The notes below the pieces were generated by a model. The model was not told the DNA's origin and did not search any database. It saw nothing but the letters and a program-made list of their open reading frames with translations. A stretch of DNA of 64,000 nucleotides, from positions 15,230,105-15,294,104 of the forward strand of contig CM119267.1 in assembly GCA_051294375.1 (NCBI GenBank), in the 5' to 3' direction. The translations under genes were made by a program, and so were the position numbers. This document shows, in pieces, positions 1-15,000 of the stretch; the stretch's first letter is position 1, and each line of letters begins with the position of its first letter. This DNA comes from Paraspadella gotoi (taxonomy: Eukaryota; Animalia; Chaetognatha).

Positions 1-3000
1 TCACCGCCCTGCATCTGGCCGCTAAAGAGGGTCACCTGGATCTGGCCAAGGAGTTGCTGGACTGCGGAGCCGAAGTCAACGCCAAAACAAAAAAAGGAAA
101 CTCACCCTTGCACTTGGCCGCCCTTAGGTATGCGAGAATGCTGTGCTGGACTTCGTAAACAGTTAATTATGTTACATACGCTTAAATTGCCTTTTTGGCG
201 ATGCTCAAATAAATGAAATTGATAAGTAGATTGCTAAATAGAAAAATTGCTGAACAATATACCTATATTAAATTTATGTTCGTAATATAAATATAATGTT
301 TTTTACATTTGTTTTTATTCAGTGGACGATCAGAATTGGTTGATCTCCTCGTTCAGAAGGACGCCAAGATCAATGCTAGATCAGCATTTGGCTTCACTCC
401 TCTATACATGGCGGCACAAGAAAATCACCTAGAGGTCAAAATAATTACTTATGACTAGTCTTTTTCAATCATTTGGAAAGGCTGCCTAATAAAGACTTTG
501 AGGCAAAAAGTTTATTTGAAATTTCGTGAATAAAAGATAAAAATTAGTTCAGCACCGAGCCCCTGGTTAGCCCTGTTATGTATCTTTAAAGGTACTCTCT
601 CTTTCTCTCGCTTTCTGACTCGTTGTTCTTTGTCATATATTATTCTGTAATGTAAATGTATATTGTCATAAACATTGTCTCCTTTTCCAACGTCGCCATA
701 CTCTCATATTTAATCTCTTGTGGCGGTATATTCACACCGCCTCACGTCCACCATCTTTCAGCCAAATCCATTGGCTCATAGGGGGAACACACCATCCCAG
801 GCGTAGTCTTCCATCCACAGTCCTAATGACTTCCCTCTGCGTTGGCAAAGCGAGACCGTCCTAGGGTAACCCCACCAGTGACTGGAGGCGTCACTGAGGG
901 TCGGAAGCCCCCAAAGCCAACAGTGAGATACCCCATCCCAACGGGCATCACAGGCAACCCGTCTGTTGCCATACTCTCACTCTTCTGACCGTTTGTCTCT
1001 TTTTTTTTCTCTCTTTGTACATTGACACAAAAATCAAATTATAAATTTATTAACATTGTAATAGGTTGTAAAATCCCTCATGAGGAGAGGCGCTAATCAG
1101 ATTTTGGCTACCGATGATGGATATACTCCTCTTGCAGTTGCAATTCAGCAAGGGAATGATGAAGTTGTTCAGGTATGTCGCCGCAGAAAACTGATCCAAT
1201 TTCTTTGATCAAAGAGTCAAAAAGTTTTGTAAATTACAGTGTTTGATTGATTCGGGTTCAAAGAAAAAGGAGCGCCTCCCAGTAATTCATGTTGCAGCAA
1301 GAAGGAATGATGCAAAGGCTGTGGCACTTATTTTGCAGGTTAGAATTAATGTTTTAGTCTTTAAATAAAAATTAAAGAAATAAAAAATAGTTTTACACAA
1401 ATATAGTATTATTTATTAGAGTCGTATTGAATAATAAAGGATAATATGCTATTTCAAAGAAAAAAATTTAATTCACGTATTAATAATCAAACTTACATTT
1501 TTTTCGAAGGCAAAAGAGGATGTTAACTCTGAATCACAGAATCAACGTTGGTCTCCTCTACACTTTGCTTGTCAATATGGAAATTTGGAAACTATGAAAA
1601 TCTTACTAGCATTTGGAGCTGATGTAAACCAGATGGGAAAACAAAATGTTACTCCACTTCATGTAACTTCAAAATTTGGACAAGTAGCAGCAACAAAATT
1701 ACTTCTCCAGCACAATCCACAAATAGATCCACAAACTATAGATGGTCTAACTCCTTTGCACTGTGCTGCAAGAAGTGGTTATACTGAAATTGTGAAACTT
1801 TTAGTGGAGGGAGGGGCTGCTACTGGGGCAAAAAGCAAAAACAAACTACACCCATTACATATGGCCACTCAAGGTTGTCATATTGAGACTATGTATATGT
1901 TATTAAAACTTGGAGCCAAAGTTGATGACACAACCACAGATAATTTAACTTCATTACATGTTGCTTCACATTGTGACTTTTCAAAAGCTGTTCAGACTTT
2001 ACTCGATTTCAATGCAGATGTTAATGCAAGAGCACTGAATAATTTTTGCCCTATAAATATAGCTGCTCAGCGAGATCACACTGATATTGTTAAAATTTTA
2101 TTAGATAACAAGGCTGACGTTAATGCAAAAAATGATATGGGGTTAGCACCTATACACGTTTCCAGTTTTTTAGGTTTTAAAGAAACTCTTATGGTTCTTT
2201 TAGAAAATAAGGCTGATTTAGAATGTCCAAATGAGCGAAATGAAACAGCATTACATATGGCTTGCCGCGCTGGACAACTTGATTGCATAGATATTTTACT
2301 AGATAGAGGTGCTGCGGTAAATGCACTCTCTCAAGATGGTCAAACACCACTTCTGGTTGCTACAAGATTAGGTCACACAGCTGCAGCAGAAAAATTGATT
2401 AATAGTGGAGCATCAATTGAATTGGATTCAAACTCCTACACTCCATTAGCAATAGCTGCGAAAGAGAACTATCTTGACATTACCAAACTTCTCATAGATA
2501 AAGGAGCAAATATGAATTGCAAAACAAAAAAAGAATTTACTCCATTACATATTGGAAGCAAATTTGGAAATACAGAAATAGTAAATTATTATATTAATAA
2601 AGGCTGCAATATTAATCAAGCTGCAAGACATCAACTTACTCCTCTTCATTTAGCTGTTCACAATAGTAGGCCAGAGGTAGTAAGTTTGCTTCAGTCAAAA
2701 GGAGCAGATTTAAATGCCAAAGCTTTAAATGGCTACACTCCTCTGCATATTGCTGTGAAGAAAGAGGAACTTGAAATGGTAAAACTATTACTCAAACTTG
2801 GTTCTAACTTGGATGAACAATCTGTTTCTGGGCTCACACCACTTTTACTTGCAATTCAAAGGGAACAACCATCTCTAGTCTCGTACTTAGCAAAATCTGG
2901 AGCATCAACGCATACCGAGGCAAAAAATGGGATCACTGCAATGCATTTAGCAGCTCAAAAGAATTCTGTAGATATTGCTAGAATATTATTAGAACATGGA

Positions 3001-6000
3001 TCACAAATTGACAGGCCAACTAAAGCTGGATACACTCCTTTGGGAACTGCAAGTCATTTCAACCATTCTGAAATAGCTTCTTTTCTACTTGAAAATGAAG
3101 CAAATGTTAACTCAATTACCAAAAGAGGTTATACAGCATTACATCAGTCTGCTCAACAGGGAAATGAAAATATTGTTAAACTTTTGCTGCAACATAAAGC
3201 AGATCCTTCAATAAAAGATAATAATGGTCAAACTGCATTATCCATAGGCGAAACCTTAGGACTAACAAAAGTTGTTGAGTTACTTAAACCTGTAACAGAT
3301 GTTAATTCAGCGGCAAAAATAAAAACAATCGAATTTTTAATTCCAGATAAAATAGAGGAAGCTGAGGATGAGGAAGAGCATGAATTTCACGCAATGCCTC
3401 CCCAAGTTAATCTGAAAAAATACAAGCAAAAAGAACCGGATTTGCCTGAAATACTTGAGAGCAATCAAATGAGTGAAGTTGGACTTATGAGTGAAGATTC
3501 TATCTCAAAAAATGAAAATTTTCTTACCTTGGCAGAAATAAAAAAAGATATTACTTTGGCTCAACCTGAGGCAGCAGCAGCAGAGATTATTCAACTAATC
3601 ACTAAGCTGCAGAAGAAAAATCATGGTTTTAGTCCATTGCATTGTGCTGCAAAATATGATCATATTGAGCTAGCACATATACTATTGAATCGAAAGGATA
3701 CAAATATCGATATTAGAGCAAAAACAGGTGATTTAACTCCGCTAATGGTTGCTGCACATTGTGGAAGTCTGAATATGGTAAAACTGTTGTTACAAAACGG
3801 GGCTGATCTTAGTCTTAAGGCAAAAAATGGATCAACACCGTTACACTGTGCTTGCAACCGGAACAAATTTAATGTTGCAGATTATTTATTGAGAAAAAAT
3901 GCTGATCCAAATGCACAAACGACAGTTGGTTTTACACCCCTTCATCTTGTCAGTGGAAAGGCAGGTAATGTTGAATTAGTGAAGCACCTGCTTGAATTTG
4001 GAGCAAAACCAACAATAGCATGTAACAATGGTGTTACACCATTGCATCTTGCTTGCCAAGAAGGCAAAAAAGATATTGCTGAATTATTGCTCGAATATGG
4101 AATAAATTTAGAAGTTGAAACAGGATCTAGCTACACACCACTATGTGCTGCAGTGTCGATGGGTCAAACAGATATGGTACGTTTTCTTTTAAATAAAGGT
4201 GCAAAAATTGATGTAAAAACTTCAAGAGGTTATAATTTGCTTCATTTATGTGCTGTTGAAAATAAACCGGAAGTTGCAAAATTTTTATTAGACTATGGTA
4301 TAGAAGAAGATGGTTCTGATAATAATGATGAAACACCTTTAGCTGTGGCAAAAAAGCTGAATCATGTTGCAGTAATTAAGATTCTCGAGAAGGAAGTTAT
4401 CATGTCAAATATAGATGCAAACTATGAAAAAAAAGCAGAATCAGAGATAAAACCGAACAATCTATTTGAAATATTAGAGGTATTACAGCATAAATCTACT
4501 AAAGATTACAGCCCCCTGCATATTGCAGCAAAACTGAATTATCCAGAAGTAGTAAAAGTTTTGTGTGAAAAAGGCATAAGTATTGATCAGAAGGGAAAAA
4601 ACAAGCTGACACCTTTGGCAATTGCTACTCATTACAACAGCAAAGATGTGGCCCTTGCTTTGATTGAACAAGGAGCAGACAAAGATTCCCAATCTGGAAA
4701 TAGCTATACTCCTCTTCATATAGCAGCTAAAAAAAATCATACTGAAATAGCTACACTTCTGTTGAAATCCGGAGCAAACACTAATGCTGCCGCGAAAAAT
4801 GGTTCCACACCTTTACATGTTGCTGTAGAAGCATCTAATTTGGATATTTTAGAATTGCTTGCCTCTTATGGTGCTAATGTAAATGCAAAAGCTAAAGGTG
4901 GCATTACTCCTATGCACTTATGTGCTCAGCATGATTTGGTTAAAGGTGCAGAGATTCTTAAAAAATATGCAGCCATCATAGATTGTCAAACTGATTCAGG
5001 ATATACTCCCTTACATTCAGCTACGCATTTTGGTAAGATATCAATGACGAGATGGCTGCTAGAGAATGATGCTTCTTGTGATCATCGAACTACAAGAGGA
5101 TATACTGCAATGCATATTGCTGCCTTAAAATCACAAGTTGGAATTATCAGTATTCTTTTAAAAAATAATTGCTCTCCCAATGCTTTAGATAATAATAATC
5201 ATACTCCTCTTCAAATAGCATATACAATTGGAGAAGGGGCAGTAATTGAAAAATTGAAAGAAGTGACTCAAACAGGTATTTGTGAAATATCTTCAGATAT
5301 TGATGACATACATATTGAAAGAGCAGAATCCAAAGATATAATAAAAGATTCGGAGGAGACTGAAATAGTTGATCAGATCTCAAAACTTGAAGAAGCTGTC
5401 AATGAAATTAATATTATACCCATAAAGACTGATGAAGCATGTACAGAAATACCTGAAATGACGAAACTTGAAGATGATCGTATAGCTTCTATAATAAATG
5501 AAACCGAAAAACCTGAAGATCAACAGACACAGATTGGTATTATAGAAGATATTATCAATGATTTAGCTCCTGAAGGTACGAAATATCAAGAAACTGATGG
5601 TAAAAATGTCCAAAACATTGAATTAATGGATGAAACTGTTCTGAAAAATAAAAAACTTATCGATGATAAAACTATGGAGTTTCCAGATGTTAATATTTCA
5701 GATCTTGAAAATAAAGAGATTTTAGATGCTATTACTGTTCTGGACCAAAGAAGTTCCAAACTGAATACATTGCAAATAGCATGCCGAGAAGGAACAGCTG
5801 ATATGGTGGAATACTTAATACAAGAAAAAAAAGCTGATGTAAATCAAGCTGGAGAAGGATTAAGTCCTTTACATATTGCAACCTTTCATGATAAAACTGA
5901 TATTATTAAGATTTTACTAAAGGCTAATGCCAATACTCAATGCTGTACTCCGAATGGATTAACACCTCTTCATCTTGCCATTAAAAAACGATTTCTTGAA

Positions 6001-9000
6001 AGTGCAAAATTATTAATAGCAAATGGAGCTAATGTGAATGCTCCTTCTAAATCAGGAATAAGGCCAGTACATTTGGCAGCAAAAACAGGAAATCTTGAAA
6101 TTATAAAATTATTGTTAGACAATGGTGCTCAGGTAAATTCTCAAGCTTATAATGGAACTAAACCTTTACATCTTTGTGGAAATGATATTGAAGTAATGGA
6201 AACCTTCATCAAATATGGAGCAAATGTTGATACTCAAACAAATGCTGGGTACACCCCACTCCATGCAGCTTCATATCTTGGTCATGAAAACGCTGTTAAA
6301 ACTTTGATTTCTCATAATACAAATGTAAACTCAAAAACATTGCGTGGATGGTCTTCTCTTCATTTAGCGACAATGCAAAAACATGATTCAATTGTTAAAA
6401 TTCTTCTGGCAGCTGGTGCAGATGCTTCTTTACAAGATAATTCCGGAAAAAATGCTTTTGAACTACTCAAAGAAAATACTGATGATTCACAAATAGAAAA
6501 AGAAACACTCGAATTATTGCAAGTCCTTTCAGGGCTTCAAAAAGCTTATACACCTTTACAAATTGCTGTTAAAAAGGACCGATTAGACCTTGTGAAGTTG
6601 CTTTTAAACCAAAAAATTGATATCAATGAGATTGGGAATGGAATTTCTGCCCTTCATGTTGCAGTTCATAATTCTTCTACTCAGATGACAAAACTTTTGC
6701 TTACAAATGAGGCCATTAAACCTAATATAACTACATCTTTAGGTTATACCCCCTTGCATGAATGTGCAAAGCAAAATAAATTAGACTTAGCCAAAATCTT
6801 ACTGAAGTATGGTAGTCTGCCAAATGCTATAAGTCAAACAGGCATGACAGCTATGCATTTTGCTGCTAGAGGGAATCATATTGAGATGTGCAAGCTACTA
6901 CTGGAATATGGTGCTGATATAAACATTCAAGCAACTAATGGAACATCTCCACTACATATTGCACAAAATTATATACCATTGATAGAATTGTTGATAAATT
7001 CTGGCGCCAATGTTAATCTTAAGACAAAGTCAGGATATACACCACTGCACAGCTCGTCATACTTAGGTCAGGAAGACGTTGTAGAATTGTTATTGCAAAA
7101 CGGCGCCAGTGTTTCTGAAATGACATCCAGAGGTTTTTCTCCACTTCACTTAGCCTCTATTGGCAATAACATCAATATTGTTAAGATTCTCTTAAAATAC
7201 AGTGCTGATCCAAATATTTTTGATACCAATGGTTTATGTCCTTTAAACATAGCTGAGCAACAAAATCATAAAGAGATTTATGATATTCTAAAACCAATAA
7301 CTCACGTGAGCCAAAGCTCCAATCAAGTTACCGAGAAAGATGATAATGTTGCAAGTAAAATGCTAAAACTATCAGGTGAAATTCACATTTCAGATAATGA
7401 AAAACTTCCTTTTACCAAAGCCAGAAATGAAGTAGAAGTTGATGTTAAGGAGAACATTTTACCACCAGTTTGTGAGAGACAAAGTGAAACTAGCATAGAA
7501 AATATGAATATTTCAGAAAATGTTGATCATTTAACAGCTACTGACAACAAAATGGGAGAAATTATTAAAACCTTAGAGGCAAAAAATAAGAAATATAATG
7601 TATTACAGTTAGCATGCAAATATTCAAGAATTGATATCATTGAATATTTATTAGGACAAGGTTTTAACCCAAATAAATTAAGCAATGGTTTAACAGCACT
7701 CCATGTTTGTTCATTTTATAATCAAGATAAGCCAGCTAAGTTGTTATTAGAAAAGGGGGCAAATCCGATGATTAGGACAGCACAAGGATTTACATCCTTA
7801 CATACTTCTGTAAAAAATGATAATCTTAAAATTACTGAATTGCTATTAAAGAGTGGAGCTTATGTTAATGACTCGTCTAATGCTAAGGTTACTCCATTGC
7901 ATTTAGCTGCTTCAAAACAAAATACAGAAATGGTTCTCTATCTTTTAAAGAATGGTGCTGATGCAAAGGTTCAGCAGTCAAATGGAACGACCTCTCTCCA
8001 TCTTTGTGGCAATAATATCGAAATAATGAAGCTTTTGATTGATGCTGGAGCAGATATTGAAAGTAGAACTTTGGCTGGTTATACTCCACTTAATAGTGCT
8101 AGTTATCTTGGCCATTCAGAGGCTGTCAAATTTCTTATACAAAAGAAAGCTGATGTAAATGCTTCCACCAAACGAGGATTATCATCACTACATTTAGCAT
8201 CTTTAAAAAATGATGATGTTATTGTTCAAATGCTGTTGGATGCAGGTGCCAATGCAGGTCAACTGGATACTGCAGGTGTCTCAGTGTTGGAAATGATCAA
8301 AAGTCATGCTAAATCTAAAATATCTTCAGATACCATTGAACTTATAAGTTATCTTTCAAAATTACACAATAAAACAGAAAAATATACCCCACTTCAGCTT
8401 GCAGTAAGACATAACAAAGTAGAGATTGTTCATCGCTTAATGAAAGAAAAAATAGATTTAAATGAATTAGGAAATGGTCTTTCTCCCCTTCATATAGCTG
8501 CTCATACCGAATCGTTGGATGCAGCTAAATTGCTTCTAAAACAACCTAGCATTATGATTAATCAAAAGAGTTTAAGTGGAAATACTCCATTGCATGAAGC
8601 AGCTAAAAAAAATAATTTGGAGTTTGCTAAGTTATTGCTAAGTAATCAGGCTGATGCAAATGCTATTAATCAGTTTGGATTGGTTCCAATACATTATGCT
8701 GCAAAAACTGGAAATGTAGAATTGTTAAAACTTTTATGTCAATATGGAGCGAATTGCAAAATAAAAGCCAAAAATGGTAGTACACCTTTGCATATGGTTC
8801 AAAATAATACAAAAGCATTATCATTTTTTGTTGAAAATGATGTAGATATAAATGCACAAACAAATGCAGGATATACAGTTTTGCATAGTGCAAGTTATTT
8901 TGGTTATGAAGAAGATGTAAGGTACCTACTTTCAAAAGACTCTTCTGTTTCAATTGTAACACAAAGAGGATTTACTCCTCTTCATTTAGCTATTCTTAAT

Positions 9001-12000
9001 AACCATCCAAAAGTAGTACAACTACTTTTGAAACATGGTTCTGATATTAATAAAAAAGATAATAATAACTTGACTGGTTTGAACATAGCAAAGCAGTACA
9101 ATCGCTATGACATTATAAAAATTTTTGAAATGTATACCGACACTTCCTCTGATTGTATCGAAAAATCAGATATAAGTGAAAAGTCACCAAGTACTTCAAA
9201 AGAAGAAATTACTCCAGTACAAAAACTAATAGGTACTGATCTTTCTGAAGTTACAAAAACTGATCAGAATATAACAGAGAAGATGGATGAAAATGAATGG
9301 AAAATTCAAGCAATTCTAAAAAAGTTGCAATCTAATAAAGATAGATATAGTATTTTACAACTTTTAAGTAAAAATAACCGATCAGATTTAGCAACGCAAA
9401 TAATGAAACGAGCAAATATTGATGTTAATGAAATTAAAAATGGTCTTACAGCACTTCATGTCAGTGCTCATTATGGGCATACTGAGATGACTCAACTTTT
9501 GTTGGAAGAAGGAAAAGCTAACCCCAACATTTCTACACCATCTGGTTTTACTGCATTACATTCAGCAATAAAGCGTAATCATTCAGATGTAGCAACAATA
9601 TTGTTAAATCATGGAGCTGATGTTAATTGTCAATCCAGAAGTGGGTTAAATCCATTACATCTTGCTTCAGCTGCAGGAAATTTGAATTCAATTAAGATTT
9701 TACTTCAGAATGGAGCAAATGTGAATTGTCTTGCTAATAATAAAACAACACCAATGCATCTAGTTGGAAATAACATTCAAGTTGTTGATGAACTTGTCAA
9801 GAATGGAGCCGATATTGATAAAAAAACTTTGGCTGGTTATACTCCATTAGCTAGTGCCTGTTATTTAGGACATCTAAAAACTGCCAAATATTTGATAGAC
9901 AAAAAGGCCAAATTAGATACAAAAACTGAAAGAGGATATTCCAGTCTTCATTTAGCAGCTCAACAGAAGCATGATGCTATAGTTAATTCTTTACTTATGG
10001 CAGGTGCTGATTCAACTGTTTTAGATAATGATGGAAAAACGCCTTTACAAGTTTTAAAGGCAAGTGAGGATACAATGACAAGCCCCAAATTAAATGAAAT
10101 GCTTACAACATTATCAAAGCTTGAACAAAAACGTGGAAAGTTTACTTCATTACAATTATGTTGTAAATACAATAAACCTAAAATTGCAAAAATGCTCATG
10201 CAGCAAGGAAAAAATGTGAATGAAACAATGCAAGGACTGACACCATTGGCTGTTTGCTCTCACTATGATGCTCTGGAAACTGCCCAAGTTCTTGTTGAAG
10301 AAGGCAATGCATTTTTAGATTTTAAAACTTCTAAAAGAATGAATCTTTTACACATAGCTGCAAAAAATAATTCTACTGCAATTGCTGATTATTTAATAAA
10401 TAAAGGCGTGGATGTTAATGCTAAAGCAGAAAATGGCTATGAGCCCATTCATTTTGCTGCGAAGCATGGCCATCATGAAATGGTTTCACTTCTAATAAAA
10501 AGTGATGCTGATCCAAGCTCAAATCTTTTGAATAATACCTCTCCATTACATTTAGCTGGAAAGCATTATAAAGTTGTTAAGGTGTTAATAGAAAATACTA
10601 ATAAAATTAACCAAAAAACAACAGCTGGATATACACCTCTACATACTTATGCTTATTTAAATGCAATAGAATCAGCAAAAACTCTGTTAAACCATAACCC
10701 ATCAATAGATCAGGTAACTGATAGAGGCTGGACTGCTCTGCACATTGCTTCACTAAATAAAAGTCTTGAAATGGTTCAATTGCTTATTACGAGTAAAATA
10801 AATGAGAATATTCTAGATAATAATAACATGTCTGCTCTAGCAATAGCACAACAGTATGGTTATGTGGATATCATTAAGATTCTTAACAGAAATAATGATA
10901 ACATAAAAACTGTAACAGAAGCAGAGCCAGAAATATTAATTAACTCCCTTATTGATGAACTTGTTGAAAATGATTCTTCGGAAATTAAGAAAATTTCTCC
11001 AGAAATTTCAACAGCTAATAAGGACATTTTAGAAATTATTACTGATTTGCAAAAAAGTCCAGATCAACTTTACAGTCCACTCCATATAGCGGCAAAGTTT
11101 GGAAAAGTTAAAGTAGCCGAAGCTCTTCTAAAGCAAGGAGCTGATCCTAACAACTTAGGAAAAAACAATTTGACTCCTCTGCATGTTGCAGGGCACTATA
11201 ATCAGAGTGAAATAGTTACTTTGTTACTTAGAAATGGCGCAAATCTTGAATACAATGCATCTAATTCTTACACTCCTCTTCATTCAGCTACTAAAAAAAA
11301 TTCTTTGAAAGCAATTCAGGCACTATTAGATGCTAATGCTAATGTTCATGCTGAAACCGATTCTGGCTTTACCCCTTTACATTTAGCCTCCCTTAAAGGA
11401 TTTGAAACAATAAGTGAATGCTTGATTTCAAAAGGGGCTAATGTAAATCGTAAGTCTAAAAATGGTTTAACTCCATTACATCTTGCTGTGCAAGGATGCC
11501 ATATAAAAAGTATTCAATTGCTTTTAAATAAAACGGCGGATGTAACCGCAGAAACAAATGCTGGATACCAGCCAATTCATACTTCAGCATGCATAGGTAA
11601 TACAGAAGTAGTGAAGTTACTGATTGAAAACAATGCACCTCTAAATAGTACTACAAAAAAATCTAGAAATTCTCTCCATTTATGTGCTCTTAATGGACAT
11701 TCAAAAACTTCATCAATATTCATTGACAAAGGTACAAATAAATCACTTAGAGATTCAAATGGGGAAACCCCTTTGGATATTGCTAGACGGTTATGCTACA
11801 ATCATGTGGTTAAAGTATTAGAGGGAGAAATAGTAGAAACTAAAAAAGAAAAAGTTATTTCATTAACTACAGCCCCTTTAGCAACAGGTGAAGATGGTGA
11901 AGACATTAAGAAAAAAATTGAACCTGATGAAAAACCTACAGAAATTATAAATAAAAAAGTAGTTACAGATTATGAAGTAAATATTAATGATAATAGTAAA

Positions 12001-15000
12001 GAAAAACCAAAACCAAGCGATCAAGAATTACCAGTTGATATATTGAATTTAATGATAGAAATGCAAAAGTCTTACGAAGGCTCACCACTCTGGAGTCCTC
12101 TTCATGAGTCATCAAAAATCAATAATAGAGATATTGCTTCAATTTTAATTGACAAGGGCAGCAATCTTAATCTCAAAGGGAAAAATGGACTTACCCCTTT
12201 AGGTAAGTTAAGTAAGAATAAAAGCTATAAAACTACTAGAATAACATTTTAAAGTATTATCATTTTTTAATTACGAAGATCTCACTAGTAAACGAGTTTT
12301 TAAACTAAACATTTAAATAGTTACTTCAATGTTAACTTTTAAATTTTTTACTCAGATATTTATGATATGAGATGAATGATTAAAATTACATACAAAAGCT
12401 ATATCCATCTGAAGAAAGTAAAGATTATGTGTTAACCAATGTTTGGCCGCTTGTTATCATAATTGCTAAACTTTTTTACTTTCTTGCATTTAGCATTTCT
12501 AATATTTTACAAAGTTTGGTGAAAAATGTACTCTCAAAAAGTAAAAGATAAGGTTAACCTAAATTTTACCCAAAAAGTGCTTTCAAGATAAATGGTGTTA
12601 AAACAAACCCTAAAAAACCTTAATAAAGTTAGAAATTCAATAAAAATATTTCAATCTTTCAATATTTCAATCTTTCTTACAGCTGTTGCTGCACATTACA
12701 ACTCAATGGAAGTTGCAGCTCTCCTTTTGGAAAATGGGGCAAACCCTGAAATTCCGGCTAAAAATCAATTTACAGCACTACATATTGCCTCTAAAAAAAA
12801 TCATACAGATTTTGCAAAAATGCTTCTTAAAAAAGGAGCTAATGTTAATGCGATTTCCAATAATGGCACAACACCTTTGCATTTGGCCTGTGAAAGTAGA
12901 CATGTTTTAATGGCTGATCTATTAATAAGTAATCAAGCTGGCATTCACCAAGCTACAGAGAATGGTAATCATATAGAGATTTGTATATTTTTTTCACCTA
13001 GTAACAATTTTGATTATTTTTTTTTTACAGGTTTAACTCCTCTTCATTTATGTGCACAGAATGACATGTCTGAGACTGCCAATAGACTTCTCCAATTAAG
13101 TTGTCTCCTAGATCCCATTACAAAAGCCCAATGGACTCCATTGATAACTGCTAGCCATTTTGGTTCTTTAGATTGTGCAAAACTTTTCATTAAAAATGGC
13201 GCCAATGTAAATGCTATTACCAGAAAAAAGTATACTGCCTTACATCATGCTACTGAGAAAAATCATGAAGAAGTGATTAAATTCTTATTACAAAATGGAG
13301 CTATAGCAGATGCAACTGATAATAAAGGAAGAACACCAATGACAATAGCTCAAGACCAAAGATATAAAAAAATTATTGAGATTTTAAAGCCATATTATAA
13401 AATTGAATTGTTATCACCTTTACAACCAGTTGAAAATATTACTGAATCAGCAGAAATAGCTGAAATTAATGAAGATCTTCAACAAAACGTCAAAGTTCAA
13501 GGGAAAATGCCAAAAATAACTGATTCTGGTATCTCTGCTGAGTTAATTGATATGGTTTCTAAATTATCTGAAAGCAACAACAGAGGTTTTTCAATGCTTC
13601 ATGTGGTTAGCAAATACAACAATATTGAAATGGCAGGTTAGTAATTTGATCGATTGATCAATTTTGATAGAGAATATTTCTGAATACTGAAAGATGATTT
13701 AAACAAGAAATGGCAAGTTCAAAATAAAATGATCTTATGAAAAGAACTTATGGTTTAAGTATCAAACAAGCACAAAAAGAATCTACTTAATAGATGGATG
13801 GATGGGGCGATTGACTTCAAATTTTGTATGTGGGTAGGAAAGTGTGTGATTAAGCTGGAAGTCAAGTTTTGATGGAATAATCGTCCACGTTGAAATGAAT
13901 TTAAATGGAAAAAACAAAAAAAAATATTTCACTATTTGATTATGCTTTTTTCTCTCTGTATTAAATGTAAATTCAAACTGAATTAATTAATTATTGATAA
14001 TTAGTAATTAATTAATTATTAATTATTTTGTAATTGATTAATTATTTTTATGATCGAGATTTGAAAAAATAAATATTATTGAATTATTTAATTTATTAAA
14101 TAATTAATTAATTATCTGATCAGCTGCTTACTGCCAGCGATCATGGGCAGATCCGGCATTGTTTGCTCAAACTTATTTATAGAAAGAAATTCTGATAAAG
14201 GCTTTCACATAAAAAGAAACATTTCCAGCTATTTTATGAAAAAACTACCTTTGTGGTTAACAAATAAAATATTTATCCTTACAACTTTAACAATAACATT
14301 TAAATATTTTTATTATTTTGTGAATGATAATATATTTCTTTTCTAGAAATGCTCCTGGGTAAAGGATCTGCAGTTGACATACGAAGCAAAAATGGAATGA
14401 CGCCGCTCATGGTATTAATCTATCTTATCCTTATGATCATTTATAAATAATATATAATATAATAAATAATATATAATAATATAAATAAAATAAAGCATAA
14501 ATATTATTTCTATCTTTGAATGTAACCATTAATTGTTTTCGTTATTTTTGTTAATTATAATAATTAGTTTTAAAAAATTATCAATAAACTTAATTTGAAA
14601 ATGTAATTTCATTATGGAGTTCCAGTGCGGTGAGAAAAAAATTAATACAATTTTTTGCCAAATATTTTAACATGTCATTTTCAGTGGCACAAAAGAAATG
14701 AACAAAATTGAAATATTAAGAAATATGTAGAAAAAGAGAAAGAAAGAAAGAGAGAGATCAAAAAGTTATGAAACATTGAAAGAGTAAATGACCTTAAAAA
14801 GTGAAAATGACCATAAACATTGAAAAGAACCCAAAGAAGGTTTGGCCCTTCCCCCACAAGTTTATCTTTTAAGGTCATTTACTCTTTGAATGTTTGACCC
14901 TTTTTTCCCAGAGTGCCCCATTTGGTCTCTAGCTCTTTTTTTCATATTTTTTTCCCTAAATTATTCAATTTTGTTAGTTTCTTTTGTTGATATATTTGGC

